In this document: one piece after another, positions 13,701 to 28,700 of the stretch
How the letters are laid out: every line of letters begins with the position of its first letter
Numbering within the stretch: the first letter of the stretch is position 1
Assembly: GCA_030390025.1 (NCBI GenBank)
Contig: CM059450.1
Location: 16,678,001-16,742,000 of the forward strand
Source: Squalus acanthias
Lineage: Eukaryota
Reading direction: 5' to 3'
DNA length: 64,000 nt
Made by a program: the position numbers and the translations under genes
The notes under the pieces: generated by a model
What the model was told of the DNA's origin: nothing
The model's database searches: none
What the model saw: only the letters and a program-made list of their open reading frames with translations

Positions 13701-16700
13701 CTTTAAATTTAATGCATTTAAATTGCATTATACCTGAAGTGAGCAATAGCTGATGCAGATGCTCACTGCACCACTGGCATTCGCTTTGGAGACAAAAATT
13801 GTAATAAATTAGTTTTTGTGAAGCAAACTGCGCAGTCAGACCAGTTATTTGTGAGCACTGCAACAGAGACTATTACTGTGAAAAGGACCTTACCCTGTAT
13901 GGTGTCAAATACAGCGTCCCCTTCTTGGTCCCCTTAAAGAAATCAGACTTAGCAGCCAAATCACTGAACGAGAGCTCCACATCTTTGCACTCCTTTAAAA
14001 AGCTGCAAAACAAGACAAGAATGAGCAAACATACATTTGACTTCAAAGACCCAACAAATATCACGTGTAACGTGAGATTTAATCTTTTCTTAAACTTTCA
14101 ACTGATCTACCCATGGCCTCTGCCAATACTGCTTTTGGTGACATCCACTGGGAGATGCACCTAGTGGGAAGGGCAAGATGGGACGTCCCCCTGTGACTGC
14201 ACAGCACCAGATAATGTTACTCCAAGAGGGGCCAACCGCCTCAGTACACAGAGATACATGTTAGGTTTTCTTTCCCAATAGCCTAATGGATGAAACCATT
14301 CGTGTAGCATTGTTAGATTACCATTCTGTGCTAAGTTAGCTGATGTCAGACAGCAGTAGAAGAACTACAGTTGGCCTCAACACCCCCTCTAGAACGGTGA
14401 CAGAGGCAGGAGGTGGTAAGGCGAAAATCAGCCATGGTACCCACTCGAGTGGCCCCTGCTGGAGAGTGTGTACACAGAAAGCATCAGGGCTCAGCCTGGA
14501 TAGCTTCCACAGTCAAAAAACTTCCAGAGATCCATTGCTCAGGATCATTGATGAAGGATGACCACATTGGCAAGGCTGCTGGTGCTCATGGAACGATAAC
14601 TCTGCAAAAGACAGGGCCTCCTGCAAAGACAGGGAGACAATTGAAAATAACTTGGGCTATATTTTAGCCAACTAATATTTTGGAAAAACTTGGTTCAATG
14701 ATGCCCTTGTTTGGCTCTACAGATATATACATTCAGACAACTGGTCTAAATTCCGAATTGTTTAGTCAGAAGACACCCTCCCCAGGCCTCCAACTTCAAC
14801 AAATCTAAAAAGCAACACCCAATTCCATACAAGAACTTCATTATTGACAACATTAATCATGAAGTATCGTACAGTAAACAGGAGTCATTGTTCATCACAG
14901 AAAGACTGTGGTGCATTGAATCATTAGCTCGTCATTCTGTTGGATCCACTCACTGGATAAATAATGCATCCAACAGATTTTTTTTTTTTAATAGTTCAAT
15001 CTGACTATTTAATACGTTATTTTTAACTTCTATATTGAGCTAATTTCACATTTAGAAATTGCAGAAACTCTACGACAGGGATTACTGCCATTATCTACCC
15101 ACCCGCCTATACAGCTCCCCTTCCTACCCTGAGGAATATTTAAAATCAAAATAAGAGATACAAAATATTGTATCTGCAGCAGCAGACTTTTTTGTCCCAA
15201 TTATTATGTATTTTATACATTTCCCTAGTTAGTAATGGAGTAGGTGGGCACAAAAAGGAACTACTGACAGGTTTAGAGTGGCTGGAGTTCACTTGGTCTG
15301 ACCCGGAATTTAGTCTACATTCCTGGTTATACTGCCAGACTCCTACTGGCAAATATCAATTTAAACAAAGAGAAACAACAGACTATATCAATTTAAATTA
15401 GAGATACTCAGAGAGCCATATTTTCTTACTGGCATCACAGTAATACCAATTGCCAGCAGTTAGATATTCAGAAAGAAGTGGATTTCTTGGACTAGTTCCC
15501 ACATTCAGTACAATAGAGCCACCTGGCGGACTACTGATGTATATAATAATAAAGCCACGTGCAGTACAGGTTCTTACCGGAAGCCATGTTGTGCTGTTGT
15601 ATATATATGCTGTATCTCAAGATATCACACAATTGGCGATAAAGATGCGATTGCGGATTCCCTAGCTGAAATTTTAGTTGGAGGATAATCCTGCCAACCG
15701 ATGGAGGAACTGTTAGAGATTCTTTGTTTTGCAGAAAAACTTAAAAATCCGAGGTAAATTTCGAGCACACGTGGCTGAACTGTCGACGTTGCCAGAGTCC
15801 AGATGGCTGCGCCTATGGGAATAATATGGCGCTTGGGTGAGTTCCATCGCGACCAAGACACTTTCGAAGCGTATGTGGAGCAGCTAGAAATGTTTTTCAC
15901 CGTGAACAGTATCGTCGAAGTCCCCGATGTTGTAAATCATAACCGGGCGGTTTTAGAAATGAAACCGGCTTTTTTTTGACTGAAGCAGGCCCCAAGGTGT
16001 ATGAAATCCTGAAAAATATGCTTGTTTCCACCAAGCCAAAGGACATCCTAAGAACAGCACTACAGTCCTGAGCTCCTGGAAATTGCTGAGAGTTATCATT
16101 TTGGAACACGTGATCAATTAAATGACGAGGGCATCAGGGAGTATATTGGAGCTTTAAAAAAAGCTACCCATTCACTGTCATTTCGGAAACTTTCAGGAAC
16201 GAGCTTTGCGTGACCGCTTTGTTTGTGGATTGAAAAATGAACGTATCAGAAGTAAATTGTTGACAACTCCTAACTTAGCTGTCCGACAAGCTAAATCAAA
16301 AGTCATGTCGATGGATATGGCCGACCGATACTCCTTCGAGTTCCGTGCCATTTCCAGTCGTCGGACAACCAAGGTGAATCGGCTAAAAGTAAAAGGCAGT
16401 TGGGCCCCAAGGCCTCAGCAACTGGCCAAGATAACAGTGCACTGAAGTTGTGCTATTGGTGCCTGGGACAACACATCGCTCAAAGCTGTCCATATGTGAA
16501 GGCAGAGTGTTTCTACTGCAAGAAAACCGGGCATCTTGCGAAGGCATGCCGACAGGAGAGTAAACCGACTGGCAATGCTAGAAGTAGAAATCGGCAGACA
16601 CTACATATCGTTGAAGAGAAGCAGCAGGACAAGGAGTTTCTGGAGAGTCACGTCATCAGGAGCACGAAGGTATCTAACAGCGATTCGCAAGGTATCGTCA

Positions 16701-19700
16701 TCCAAGTAGCTGTCGCAGGAACCAGGATACCCATGGAAATCGACACTGGTACATCCGTGAGCGTAGTACCGGAATCACTATATCGCGACAAGGTGCGTGA
16801 TTATCGACTAGAGAAAGCGAAGGTAGAGCTGCGAGGCTACTCAGAAGAGCAAATCCCTGTAGTAGGAAGTGTCACCATACCAGTGAAATACAAGGATCAG
16901 TGTCAGAGCTTGCCTCTCATAGTAGTGGCAGGAGACAAGCCTGCCTTGATAGGTAGAAATTGGTTGGGATCACTGAAGCTGGATTGCAACGTGATTCTTT
17001 GTGTGGAAGCGAAATTTGCATCGAAAGATGATGTCATCAAGCAGTATCCGAAGGCGTTCAGTGAAACGGGCAGTCCGATCCAAGACTTCAAGGTGAGTGT
17101 CAGAGTGCAGAAGGACGCAAGACCAGTTTACTGCAAGCCACATCCTGTACCATACACATTCAAGGAGAAAGTTGAGCAAGAACTCAAGACTAGAAACTGA
17201 GAACATTGGCCCAAAAATTCGTGAGGAAACCTTCGTGCGAGGGTAAGGCCTCCCCGCGATCTCTCACTCCGCGTTGGCTTTTTCAGTTCCAGCTCGCACG
17301 AACTTGATGTTCTGGACAGCTGCTGTGCTGGGCTTGCGTATCCCACCGGCGTAGTTAATTCGTGCGAGCTGTGGGATCACGTGACTCAGTTAGAGCCAAT
17401 GGCAGCACACCATCTTCCATTCATAACTTTCACATAAGTGCTGTGAAAGCTATGAATCTATACCCCCCCAAAAGAACAGCTAAACCTCAATTAAATTTTT
17501 AAAAAAGCCATCACATTAATAAAATAAGTATAGTTAAATAAATTAACCACTTTAAACAAAAAATAAAATTTTTGAAAAAATTTAAAATCTTTTAAAAAGT
17601 TATAAAAATAAACTTACCTTTCTTTAAAGTCTCTAAAAAAGATATACCTGTTGAAAAAAATGCAATACTTAATTAACTACTTACCTTGTTAAAAGAGGGT
17701 CTTACGCCTCCTTTCTTTGTGCAAAATCTTCCATGCTTACCTGCGCGTTCAAAGCACTAAGTGCACTGCGTGCGCGCAGCCTGTAGCGCGCACATGGTTC
17801 ACCTAGGAACCGCCCCCTTTTGAAATCACCAAGTGCCGGTTTTCAGCGCATGCAGAAAACCGGCAATTGGAGACAGAATACGCGAGAGTACACAGTGCGT
17901 ACTCTCGCGTAGAGGCACTAATTTTTGGGCCATTATCTCGCAGGTAGATCTGAGTAATTGGGCGACACCCATTGTTGTTGTACCTAAGTCAGATGGTAAG
18001 GTAAGGTTGTGTGGTAATTATAAGGTAACCGTAAACCAGGTTCTAGAGTGTAATCTACCCAGTACGTTGCCAAATGTGGAAGATTTGTTCACAACGCTGA
18101 CAGGTGGCCAGATCTTTTCGAAGTTAGATCTAACAAACACCTACCTACAACTTGAGTTCGATGAAGAGTCCAAGTCATGCTTGACTATAAATACTCACCA
18201 AGGCCTATATCAGTTCAATAGGCTACTATTTGGAGTGTCTACTGCCCCCGACATATTCCAGGGGATGATGAACCAAATTTTGCAAGGGATTAAAGGGGTA
18301 GTGTGTTATTTGGATGACATGCTCATTTCAGCACCAAACAGGCAAATCCATGATGAGGTGTTGAATGAAGTGCTCAAACGGCTAGAGAAGCACGGAGTAC
18401 GAGTGACAGCTCACAAGTGTGAGTTGTTTCAAAACTCAGTGGAGTACTTAGGGCACAGAGTAGACAAAGATGGTTCACATCCAACCAAGGGAATGCTGGA
18501 TACAATCAGAAATGCACCCACTCCCAAGAATGTCTCTGAACTTCGATAATTTTTGGGTCTTTTGAATTATTACGGAAAGTTCCTCCCAAACTTGGCTACA
18601 TTGTTACATCCACTGAATGAGCTGTTGAGAAAACAGGTCCCTTGGAAGTGGTCAAAAGAACGCGACACAGCATTCAAAGAGTGTAAAAGCCAGTTAGTAG
18701 AGAGTACCATGTTAGTTCACTATGATGTATCTAAGGAGATCATGCTAGCGTGTGACGCCTCTCCGTACGGAGTTGGGGCAGTGATCTCTCATACTAGATA
18801 GTGGGGAGGAGACCAATTGCTTTTGCTTCACACACTGTCAGTGAGCGGAGTTGTACGCAAATCGAAAGGGAAGCTTTGTCATTGATTTTTGGGGTCAGTA
18901 AGTTTCAGAAATACTTGTTTGGTCGTAAGTTTGCCATAGTTACTGACCATAAGCCCCTGACAGCAATCCTCCATCCAAAGTCCCCAGTTCCAACCTTAGC
19001 TGCAGCCCAAATGCAGAGATGGGCTTTGATTTTGTCAGCATATACCTATGGCATGGAGTACAGACAATCAGCTGATCACAGTAATGTTGATGCTATGTCC
19101 AGGTTGCCATCCCCATCACAAGTTACACCCAATAAGGAAGAAGCGTTCTATTTCTTATACATTGATGAGCTGCCAGTCACAGCTGAAGAGATTGGTAGGG
19201 CAACCAAACGTGACCCAATTATGTCAAAGGTGTATGATTACATAGCAAATGGATGGCCAAACCAGGTATCAGAGGAAGATATCCATCCATACTTCGTTTG
19301 TAGGAATGAATTGTCAGTGGATAAAGACTATCATGTGGGGAGCAAGAGTGGTTATCCCAAATAGATTCAGGTCTAAATTGGCCAAGACCTCTGCACACAA
19401 TTACTTATGGTGGCCAGGCTTAGATAAAGAGATAGAGTACACAGTCAGTCAGTGTACAACATGTCAATCGGTGAGCAAGAAACCACCATCAGTACCATTA
19501 CAGCCATGGAAATGGCCTCCCAGAGTGTGGCAAAGGTTACATGTAGATTTAGCTGAGCTAGAAGGACAGCAATTGTTCATAGTGATAGTCACTCGAAGTG
19601 GGTAGAGGTATTTCCGATGCGGATAACAACAAGCAAAACACTAGACAATTTGGGAACATTGTTTTCTTCATACGGCCTCCCAGAAGAAAGTGTGTCTGAT

Positions 19701-22700
19701 AATGGGAGTTCACACAGTTCATGAGCAGAAACGGTGTGAAACATACCAAAGTTCCACCGTACCACCCTGCTTCAAATGGAGCAGCAGAGCGCACAGTACA
19801 AATTGTCAAACTTGCCCTCATCAAGCAAATGTTGGATCCAAATCCAAAGAAACGTCAGTTGTCGTTGGACCACAAACTGGCAAATTTTCTGATTACCTAT
19901 CGGAATACTCCTCATACCACTACTGGTAGAAAACCAGCAGAGTTGTTTCTCAAACGACAGCCACGAATCAGGTTCTCGTTGTTAAAGCCAAACTTGGCAC
20001 AATCCGTAGAAGAGAAACAATCAAAGCAGAAAGAGAGTCATGATAAAGGTAGAGTTAGAGAGAGAAGTGTGAAGTTGAACCAGAAGGTTAGAGTGAAGAA
20101 CCATCACCATAAATGGTTAAAGTGGTTACCAGGAAGAGTAGTGAAGATATGTGGACCTCGCAAGATGTTTGATCATGGAAAGGTTAGGTTTGTTCACATA
20201 GATCGTATCTTACCTACAGATGTGGAAGGAGTTGAAAGCTGGGATGATTCAATTTATTCTGACGAGTCAGATAGTCTTGTTACAAGTAGAGTACCGGTAG
20301 CAAATCCTACATCAGACGCACCAGAAACCAAGTCCAAGACAAAGTCAGAATTTAAGTCTGAGCCCGAGTCAGGCAGACAAAACAGTCTGAAAGTGTAGAG
20401 TCCAAATGTAGATCAGGGTCAGCCCTTGGAGAAAAATTCTCCGCAGGCTCAGCCTAGAATGAGTCAAAGTCCTACAACAAGATCTGAAAGTTCTATTCAA
20501 GAAAGAAGGTATCTTCGAAACAGAAAACCAGTGAGTACGTTTAATCTGTAAATATGGAAAATAAGTTTGTATCTTGTTTGTGTTACAGAATTCTATAGTA
20601 GAATTTAGAAATATAAAATGGGTTCCATTTGAGAAATGTACACCAAGAGTTGTGCATACCATGCAAGTCATGTACAATGATTATTTGCTATGATTAACTT
20701 CTTCAACAAGGAGGGAGAAGTGAAATATAGCCACCTGGTGGACTACTGATGTATATAATAATAAAGCCATGTGCAGTACAGTTCTTACCAGAAGCCATGT
20801 TTGTACTGCTGTATATATTGTGTAGAATGGGCCTATACTCTCTGGAGTTTAGAAGAATGAGAGGTGATCTCATTGAAACATACAAGATTCTGAAGGGGAT
20901 TGACAGGGTAGATGCTGAGAGGTTGATTTCCCTGGCTGGAGTGTCTAGAACTAGGGGGCATAGTCTCAGGATAAGGGGTCGGCCATTTAAGACTGAGATG
21001 AGGAGGAATTTCTTCACTCAGAGGGTTGTGAATCTTTGGAATTCTCTGCCCCAGAGGACTGTGAATGCTGAGTCATTGAGTATATTCAAGGCTGAGAGAG
21101 ATAGATTTTTGGAATCAAGGGATATGGGGATCGGGTGGGAAAGTGGAGTTGAGGTCGATGATCAGCCATGATCTTGTTGAATGGTGGAGCAGGCTCGAGG
21201 GGCCGTATGGTCTACTCCTGCTCTTATTTCTTATGTTCTTATATATGCTGTGTCTCAAGATATCACAACAGAAAATAATATATTTTTAAAAAAGTGACCT
21301 TGTTTGCCTTTGGGCTCCAAAATGAAAAGACTCAGTTCTAAGCAGACTTGGGAGAGAATCGGAGCATTTCCCATTAGACCAGAGCAAATTTAACCTTGTA
21401 GTAACAGAAGTGCATTGCTTGCAACACCAATCCCTTTTCCAGTTTATATACGTCAAACAGTATTGCTCTGCATATACAAGTTACTGGATGTTTCTGTATC
21501 AAAGACTGATCCATCTCACCCCCAGTCCACATCCACCAAACTTTCCTGTCTACATGCTGCCACTCTGCTTACTTGACTTCCCTGCATTACAATTTCTTCC
21601 ACAATTCCCTCTCCTAATTCTTCAATTGCTCCCCTGTCAGCCTTAGTTCAGTTGGTAGAACTCTCGCCTGAGTCAGAGGTTGTGTGTTCAAGTCCCACTC
21701 GCGAGACTGGAGCACAAAATCTTGAATTGCATTCCAGTGCAGTACTGAGGGAGTGCTGCACTGTCGGAGGTGCCGTCTTTCAGATGAGACATTAAACCGA
21801 GGCCCTGTCTGCCTTCTCAGGTTGACGTAAAAGATCTCACGGCACTATTTGAAGAGCAGGGGAGTTCTCCCAGTGTCCTGGCTAACATTTATCCCTCAAC
21901 CAAGACTTAAACTAGATTATCCGGTCATTTATTTCATTGCTGTGTGGAAATTGGCTGCTGAGTTTCCTACATTGTAACAATAACTGTACTTCAAAGTACT
22001 TAATTGGTTGTAAAGTGCTTTGGGATGGCCCAAGATGCTCTATAAATGCAAGTCTTTCTTTCTTTTACTCCCTTCCTCTCATGAGAGCACTGATTCTTAC
22101 TGGAGCCAGAGCCATGGGCTGTGGCCACCTTTCAATAATGCTGGTCGCCATTTTTCCAAGTGCGTGTGAGAAACAGTGGGAACATCACAGCTGGGGCTGA
22201 AACTGCCTCTGCACGAGTTAGTAATCAGGAGCAGCAAACATGGCCGATTTTTTCCCTCTTTTCAGTCAATTGAAGGACTCCCACTGAGATCAAATAATTC
22301 TTCCATTACAATTAAGGTATTACTATTTGCATTGTAAATATGCAAGTCTTTGAACATTAATCTGGGTGGGAAAGGCAGCAATTGAGATTTCTCACAATGG
22401 ATGACTTCAACCAGGAGTTTATATTAGTTCAATGTTTCTTTCCAAATTTTTGATGTGTTTATACCAAATAACTCCATGTCTGTCCGAGCCTGACTGATCC
22501 ATTGTGACATATAGGTTATGCTACAATGCATATTACAGAATGTTTTCCAAAATTATAAAACCATCTCAACTTCATCTTGAAAATAACTAACTTCCTATTC
22601 CATCCAAAATGTTTGTACAGAAGGTGACTGAATATTTACATGTATTTGCTGAATTTTTGTAATTCATATCTCTACTTAATTGTAATATACGAATTGCTTT

Positions 22701-25700
22701 TGTCTGTAAGCCACTAGTCTTTAATATCCACTGATTGAATAGCATTGTGTGAGACTACATTAAAGTCAGTAAGCAGATTACTGCAAGTAGGATCATTGTA
22801 AATCCTTAGGGCATGCATCGCCAGTAAGGTCAGTTTGCAGATCACAGGGGATCAAGTCCATTTACAGGAAACACAGTTCCAATAAAACATGAAATGGGAA
22901 CAAGAGTGCACCTCTTTTAAAATGCTCGCTAAGTGTGGCGGTCACCTTAGCTCCTAAGCAACGCCACCGGTTTTGATTTCTGACTTATGGAATAAGGCTT
23001 TGCAGCCAGATAAGCTCTGTACTAGCAAATACAGTCCATAGGGAGAATTACCCAGAACCTGCAAACGGACACAGATAGATTAAGTGGGCAGAATTATGCC
23101 AGACGCAGTTTAACATAACAATGTAGTACACTTTGCAAGCAAAACTGGCAGATGTGAATATAAGCTAATGGAGACTGACAGTGTGTTGTGTGTGTCCAGG
23201 TATACAAGTCACCAAAAGCTATTTTACAGGTGCAAAAAACAACCAAAAAAGGCTAATGTGATGCAGGGCTTCATCACACGCAGTTTAGAATATAAAATCA
23301 AGAAAGTACTCTATAATTATACAGAGTGTTATTTAAACCACATTGGGAGTGTTAAGAGTTCAGTTCCGAGTGCCCCACATTAGGAAGGATATCCTGGCCT
23401 TGGAGAAGGTCCAGTGGTGATTCACCAGGGTGACATTGGGGATGGAGGGACTGAATTCGAATGAGAGACTCGGAAAACTTGGGATTACATTTCCTGGAGA
23501 CAGATGGGGTGATCAAATTGAAGTATTAAAATGATGAAATAAAAAAACAGAAAATGCTGGAAAATACTCAGCAGATCAGGCAGCGTCTGTGGAGAGAGAA
23601 ACAGTTCATGCTTCAGGTCAATGACCTTTCGTCAGAACTGGAAGATGTTAGAGATTAACAGTTTTTAAACTGTTAAAACAATGAACAGGATTGACAGCAA
23701 TACATAGGGGAAAAAAAACTCTTACTTCTAATAGGAGAATCCAGAACAAGGGGATATAATCTTTCTAGCTCAGCCAGTTAAAAGGAAATCCAGAAAAAAA
23801 AATTCACACAAATCGTTGAGAATTTGGAATGCACTGACCGAGCAGGGTATCGAGGCAATGTCAATAGAGGAAAATAGATACACACTTGGGAAAGTAAGGG
23901 TATTAAGGAATGTGGAGAAGGGCAAGGAATTGGGATTAAAATGCAGAGCTGCCATGGCTATTCAAAACCAGAGAGGCCCAAAGACACCACATCCCTTTCC
24001 AACTTCTAAAAAAAAGCATCCGCAGCCTATATTATTGTGATAAATCTAAATATGCAAGCAGTCAAACGAAGTCAGATCATTGTAGGGCAAATTGCCTGTT
24101 CTAAACACAAGAGTCTTCCAACTGTCACTCTCTACGCTGATATCTGCCATCCACAATCATAATAAACCAGCCTGACACATTCCAACTGTACTTTGCTTTT
24201 TGCGTAACGTGCTCCAGTTCAGATGACATTGCAAAACTGACCAAAGCTGTCTGTTTATTACATCAACTGAACTCCATTTCTCATTATCTACATGATAAGC
24301 TGGGAGGTGGATTTGTTGCCTAAAGGGAAAACTGTGTAGATTTGCATGCTTTTAGAAAAGCTCATTAAACTCCAGTTGTACTCCTGCGCACATGTGGGGG
24401 CCCCGAAGCCATGGATATTGTCAACCTGCACCTAAATGTTCCATCATTCAATTAGATCATGGCTGAGTACCTCAACTCATTTACCTGCCTTTGCTCCACA
24501 ATCTCTTGCTAGCCTACAAAAATCTGTCGATCTCAGTCCTGAAAGCTCCAGCATCCACAGCCTTTTGGGGGAGAAAGTGCGAGACTTCCACTACCCTGTG
24601 TGTGTGGAAAAAGTGCTTTCTGATTTCAATCCTAAGTAGCCTAGCTCCAATTCCCTCACCAGAAGAAATAGTTTAACTGCGTCTATCCTATCGAATTCCT
24701 TTATCATTTTAAAGACCTCGATTAGATCGCTCCATAACCATCTAAACTCAAGGGAATACAAGGCAGGTTTATACAACCTATCCTCATAATTTAACCTTTA
24801 AGTCCTAGTATCATTCTGGTAAATCGTTAATATATCTTTCCTGAGGTGCGACGCCCAAACTGGCGCAGTATTCCAGATGGGGTCTGACCAAAGCTCTGTG
24901 CAACTGAAATCACTTCCTCACTTTTGTATTCCAGCTCCCTTGGGATAAAGGCCAACATTCCATTAGCCTATTTTTTATTACTTTTTCTATCTGTGTACTC
25001 GCTTTTAGTGATGTGTGTACATGGACACCTAAACCCCTCTGCTCCTCCAGAGCCCCTAGTCTCTCACCATTAAGAAAATATTCCAATTTGTCTTTCTCGG
25101 ATCCAAAGTGGATGAACATCCACTTCGCCACATTAAACTCCACCTGCCACAGTTTTCCCCACTCCCTTTGAATTTCTTGGTCCCTTTGTAACTTCCTGCT
25201 CCCATCTACATAATTTACTGTGCCTCCTAACACAGTGTCATCTGCAAACTTGGATATACAACGCTCTATTCGGTCATCCAAGTCATTAATATATAGTGAA
25301 AAGCTGAGGTACAGGACCCTGGGGAACACCACTTGTCACATCCCACCACAGAATGAACCCTTTGCCCTTAATCTCTATCACCGCCTCCCAACCAATTACC
25401 AACCCACATCACAAGGTTACCACCAATGCAGTGCGCTTTCATTTTTGCTAATAATCTCGTGTACGGAACCTTATCAAACGCCTTCTGGAAGTCCAAATAG
25501 CCAACATCCACAGGCACTGCTCTATCCACCATGCTAGTGACCTCCTCAAAAAAATGAGACTAGTTTAGTCAGACATTACTACCAACAGTCTGGGGGCTCA
25601 GCACTGAGCAGAAGCAACAAGTGGCTCACCTCCCTGCACCTCAATGTCTCTCCACCATTTACAAAGCTCAAGTCAGGCGCGATGAAATACTCGCCTCGAT

Positions 25701-28700
25701 TGGAGCAGCTGCAACAACACTCAAGACCACTCTGAACAGAGTAGTCCAATTGACTGGTGCCCCACCACTGGACTCAATATCCACCCCCTCCACCACAGTA
25801 GATTGTGGTTGCAATATGTACTATCTGCAGGATGCAATACAGTACACTCCAGTCCCTTGACCTCTACCACTGAAGAGGACGAGAGCAGCAAGATCATGAG
25901 ACCACCACCACCTCCAAGTCACACATCATCGTCACTTGGACATATACCACCATTCCTTAATCATCATTGGGTCAAAATCCTGGAATTCCCTACCTAACGC
26001 CATTGTAGGAACACCATCAGCACAAGGACTGATGTGATTCAGCAAGGCCCACCACTACCACCTTCTTATGGCAACTAGAGAGGGGCAATAAATGCAGATT
26101 TGCCAAAGCGTACTCCATATTGGGAAAACAGTGGCTCACGTTGAAATTTCTCACTAGCTTTTTTTTGGAGAATTTTCAAGCATGGCAATAGGATTCTGCA
26201 CGCCAGTCTCCCAACAGACCAAACGAAAAATCCAAACCCCTCAATGGGCTAATGCCTACTTAACATTCCTATACAATATGGTACAGCGGAACTGTTCATT
26301 ATCCCCAGTTATCCTCCGAGAATTTCTGGAGAATAAAGCCTTGCACAAGTGAAAACCTCATTTTACAGTCCGCTAACAGCAAGCTCCTCTTATACAACAT
26401 AAATCAACCTCAAAGCCACAGAGAGATTAAATTCAGTTCATGTTATTTCTATTGTATTAGCCTCATTCCACATCTCGCTGTTGTTAACCCATACGTGCAA
26501 GATATAAATCTGGGCACTCTCAACCATCGGTCAATTAACTACAGGGAGAATGGAGATGAAGGCAGGTAATGGAGGTTCGTGTATATATAAAATCATCAGC
26601 TATGGTTCCTGATCCCAATCGCTATCCAGTGGCCCCCGTCAGAAAGTGTATATGTAGATGTCAGTTGAGGATAGGGTTGGGCTTGGTTGTGAATCCCTGC
26701 TCTATGTTCAAACAACCCACTGACATTCATTGTCTACATTCAACACGTTAACTAGCCCTTGGGCAATGGGGGATGGGGGGTCAACCTACTGCAATTCAGT
26801 TTGACAGGCAATGAAAGGACGAGCTATTTCAGAGGCTAAAACATCACTTGCAGTATCGATTACAAACTCTGAATTAGTTTTACAGGATTGCTCCAATATA
26901 CAGCCATACGGCCCTTCGAGCCTGCTCCGCCATTCAATAAGATCATGGCTGATCTTCGACCTCATCTCCACCTTCCCGCCTGATTCCCATATCCCTCGAT
27001 TCCCCTAGAGTCAAGTTATATTTTTACTGCATCTAGTAAAACAGCCACGCATAATATAATGTAAAATCAAAAACAGGTCAGGGGTATTCAACGAGACAAA
27101 CATTATAATGAACACAATTATTATTGTTCACCAAACACTCCTTCCTAGCCACCAACTGCAGTCACTTTCTACCTATGAGGGGAGCGGTTTTCAAACTACG
27201 TAGCACCAGAGATTTCCGAAAAGTTCAGAGTCTTTTTTTCCATGTTTCTGGTATTTACAGGTTTTGGTTTTGTTTTTAAACGCAGCGAGTCATTGTGATC
27301 TGGAATGCGCTGCCTGAAAGGGCGGTGGAAGCAGATTCAATAATAACTTTCAAAAGGGAATTGGATAAATACTTGGAGGGGGAAAATTTGCAGGATTATG
27401 GGGAGTGGGACTAATTAGATAGCTCTTTCAGAGAGCGGGCACAGGCACGATGGGCCAAATGGCCTCCTAACATTCTGTATCAACAATAAGTATTTATATA
27501 GCGACTTTAATGTAGTAAAAGTCCCAAGGCGCTTCACAGGAGTATTAAAAGACAAAAGATTTGACACCAAGCCACATAAGGAGAAATTAGGGCAGGTGAC
27601 CAAAAGTTTGGTCAAAGAGGTAGGTTTTAAGGAGCGTTTTAAAGAAGGAAAGAGGGGTAGCGAGGCGGAGAGGTTTAGGGAGGGAATTCCAGAGCTTAGG
27701 GCCTAGGCAACAGACGGCACGGCCACCAAAGGTTGAGCGATTATAATCAGGAATGCGCAAGAGGGCAGGATTAGAGGAGCGCAGGTATCTCAGGGGGTTG
27801 TGGGGCTGAAGGAGATTACAGAGATAGGGAGGGGGCGAGGCCATGGAGGGATTTGAAAACGAGGATGAGAATTTTGAAATCAAGGCGTTGCTTAACCGGG
27901 AGCCAGTGCAGGTCAGCGAGCACAGGGGAGATGGGAGAACGAGGCTTGGTGCGAGTTAGGCCACGGGCAGCCAAGTTTTGGATGACCTCAAGTTCACGTA
28001 GGGTGGAATGTGGGAGGCCAGCCAGGAGTGGGTTGGAATAGTCAAGTCTAGAGGTAACAAAGGCATGGATGAGGGTTTCAGCAGCGGATGAGCTGAGGCA
28101 AGGGTGGAGACGGGCAATGTTACGGAGGTGGAAGTAGGCGGTCTTCGTTATGCCGCGGATATGTGGTCAGAAGCTCATTTCAGGGTCAAATATGATACCA
28201 AGGTTGCGAACAGCGTGGTTCAGCCTCAAACAGAGGTTAGGGAGAGGGATGGAATCAGTAGCCAGGGAGCGGAGTTTGTGGCGGGGACGGAAAACAATGA
28301 CTTCGGTCTTCCCAATATTTAATTGGAGAAAATTTCTGCTCATCCAGAACTGGATGTCGGACAAGCAGTCTGACAATTGAGACCGTGGAGGGGTCAAGAG
28401 AAGAGGTAGGGAGGTAGAGCTGGGTGTTGTCAGCGTACATGTGGATACTGACGCTGTGTTTTTGGAGGATGTCGCCAAGGGGCAACATGTAGATGAGAAA
28501 TAGGAGGGAGGCCCAAGGATAGATCCTTGGGGGACACCAGAGGTAACGATGCGGGAGCGGGAAGAGAAGCCGTTGCAGGTGATTCTCTGGCTACGATTAG
28601 TCATAGAGTGATAACAGCAAAGAAGGAGGCCATTCGGCCCATCGAGTCCGTGCCGGCTCTCTAGAGCAATCCAGTCAGTCCCATTCCCCAGCTCTATCCC

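Larger units (their letters stand above)
15509..21270 (+). mobile_element. Gypsy (Mag-like) LTR retrotransposon, full-length but degenerate, antisense in wbp2nl intron 1
   Basis: gag (RDRFVCGL, two CCHC knuckles), protease (IDTGTSVS), RT (YLDD), RNase H (CDAS.YGVGA) and integrase ([24 protein letters not shown]) in Gypsy order with frameshifts; paired LTRs, PBS and PPT present. Confidence 0.93.

Noticed and set aside
21634-21715. tRNA genes at SINE 5' ends (also 31645, 51583, 53890)
   Set aside because: These are tRNA-derived SINE heads with A/B boxes, continuing into SINE bodies, with no complete cloverleaf
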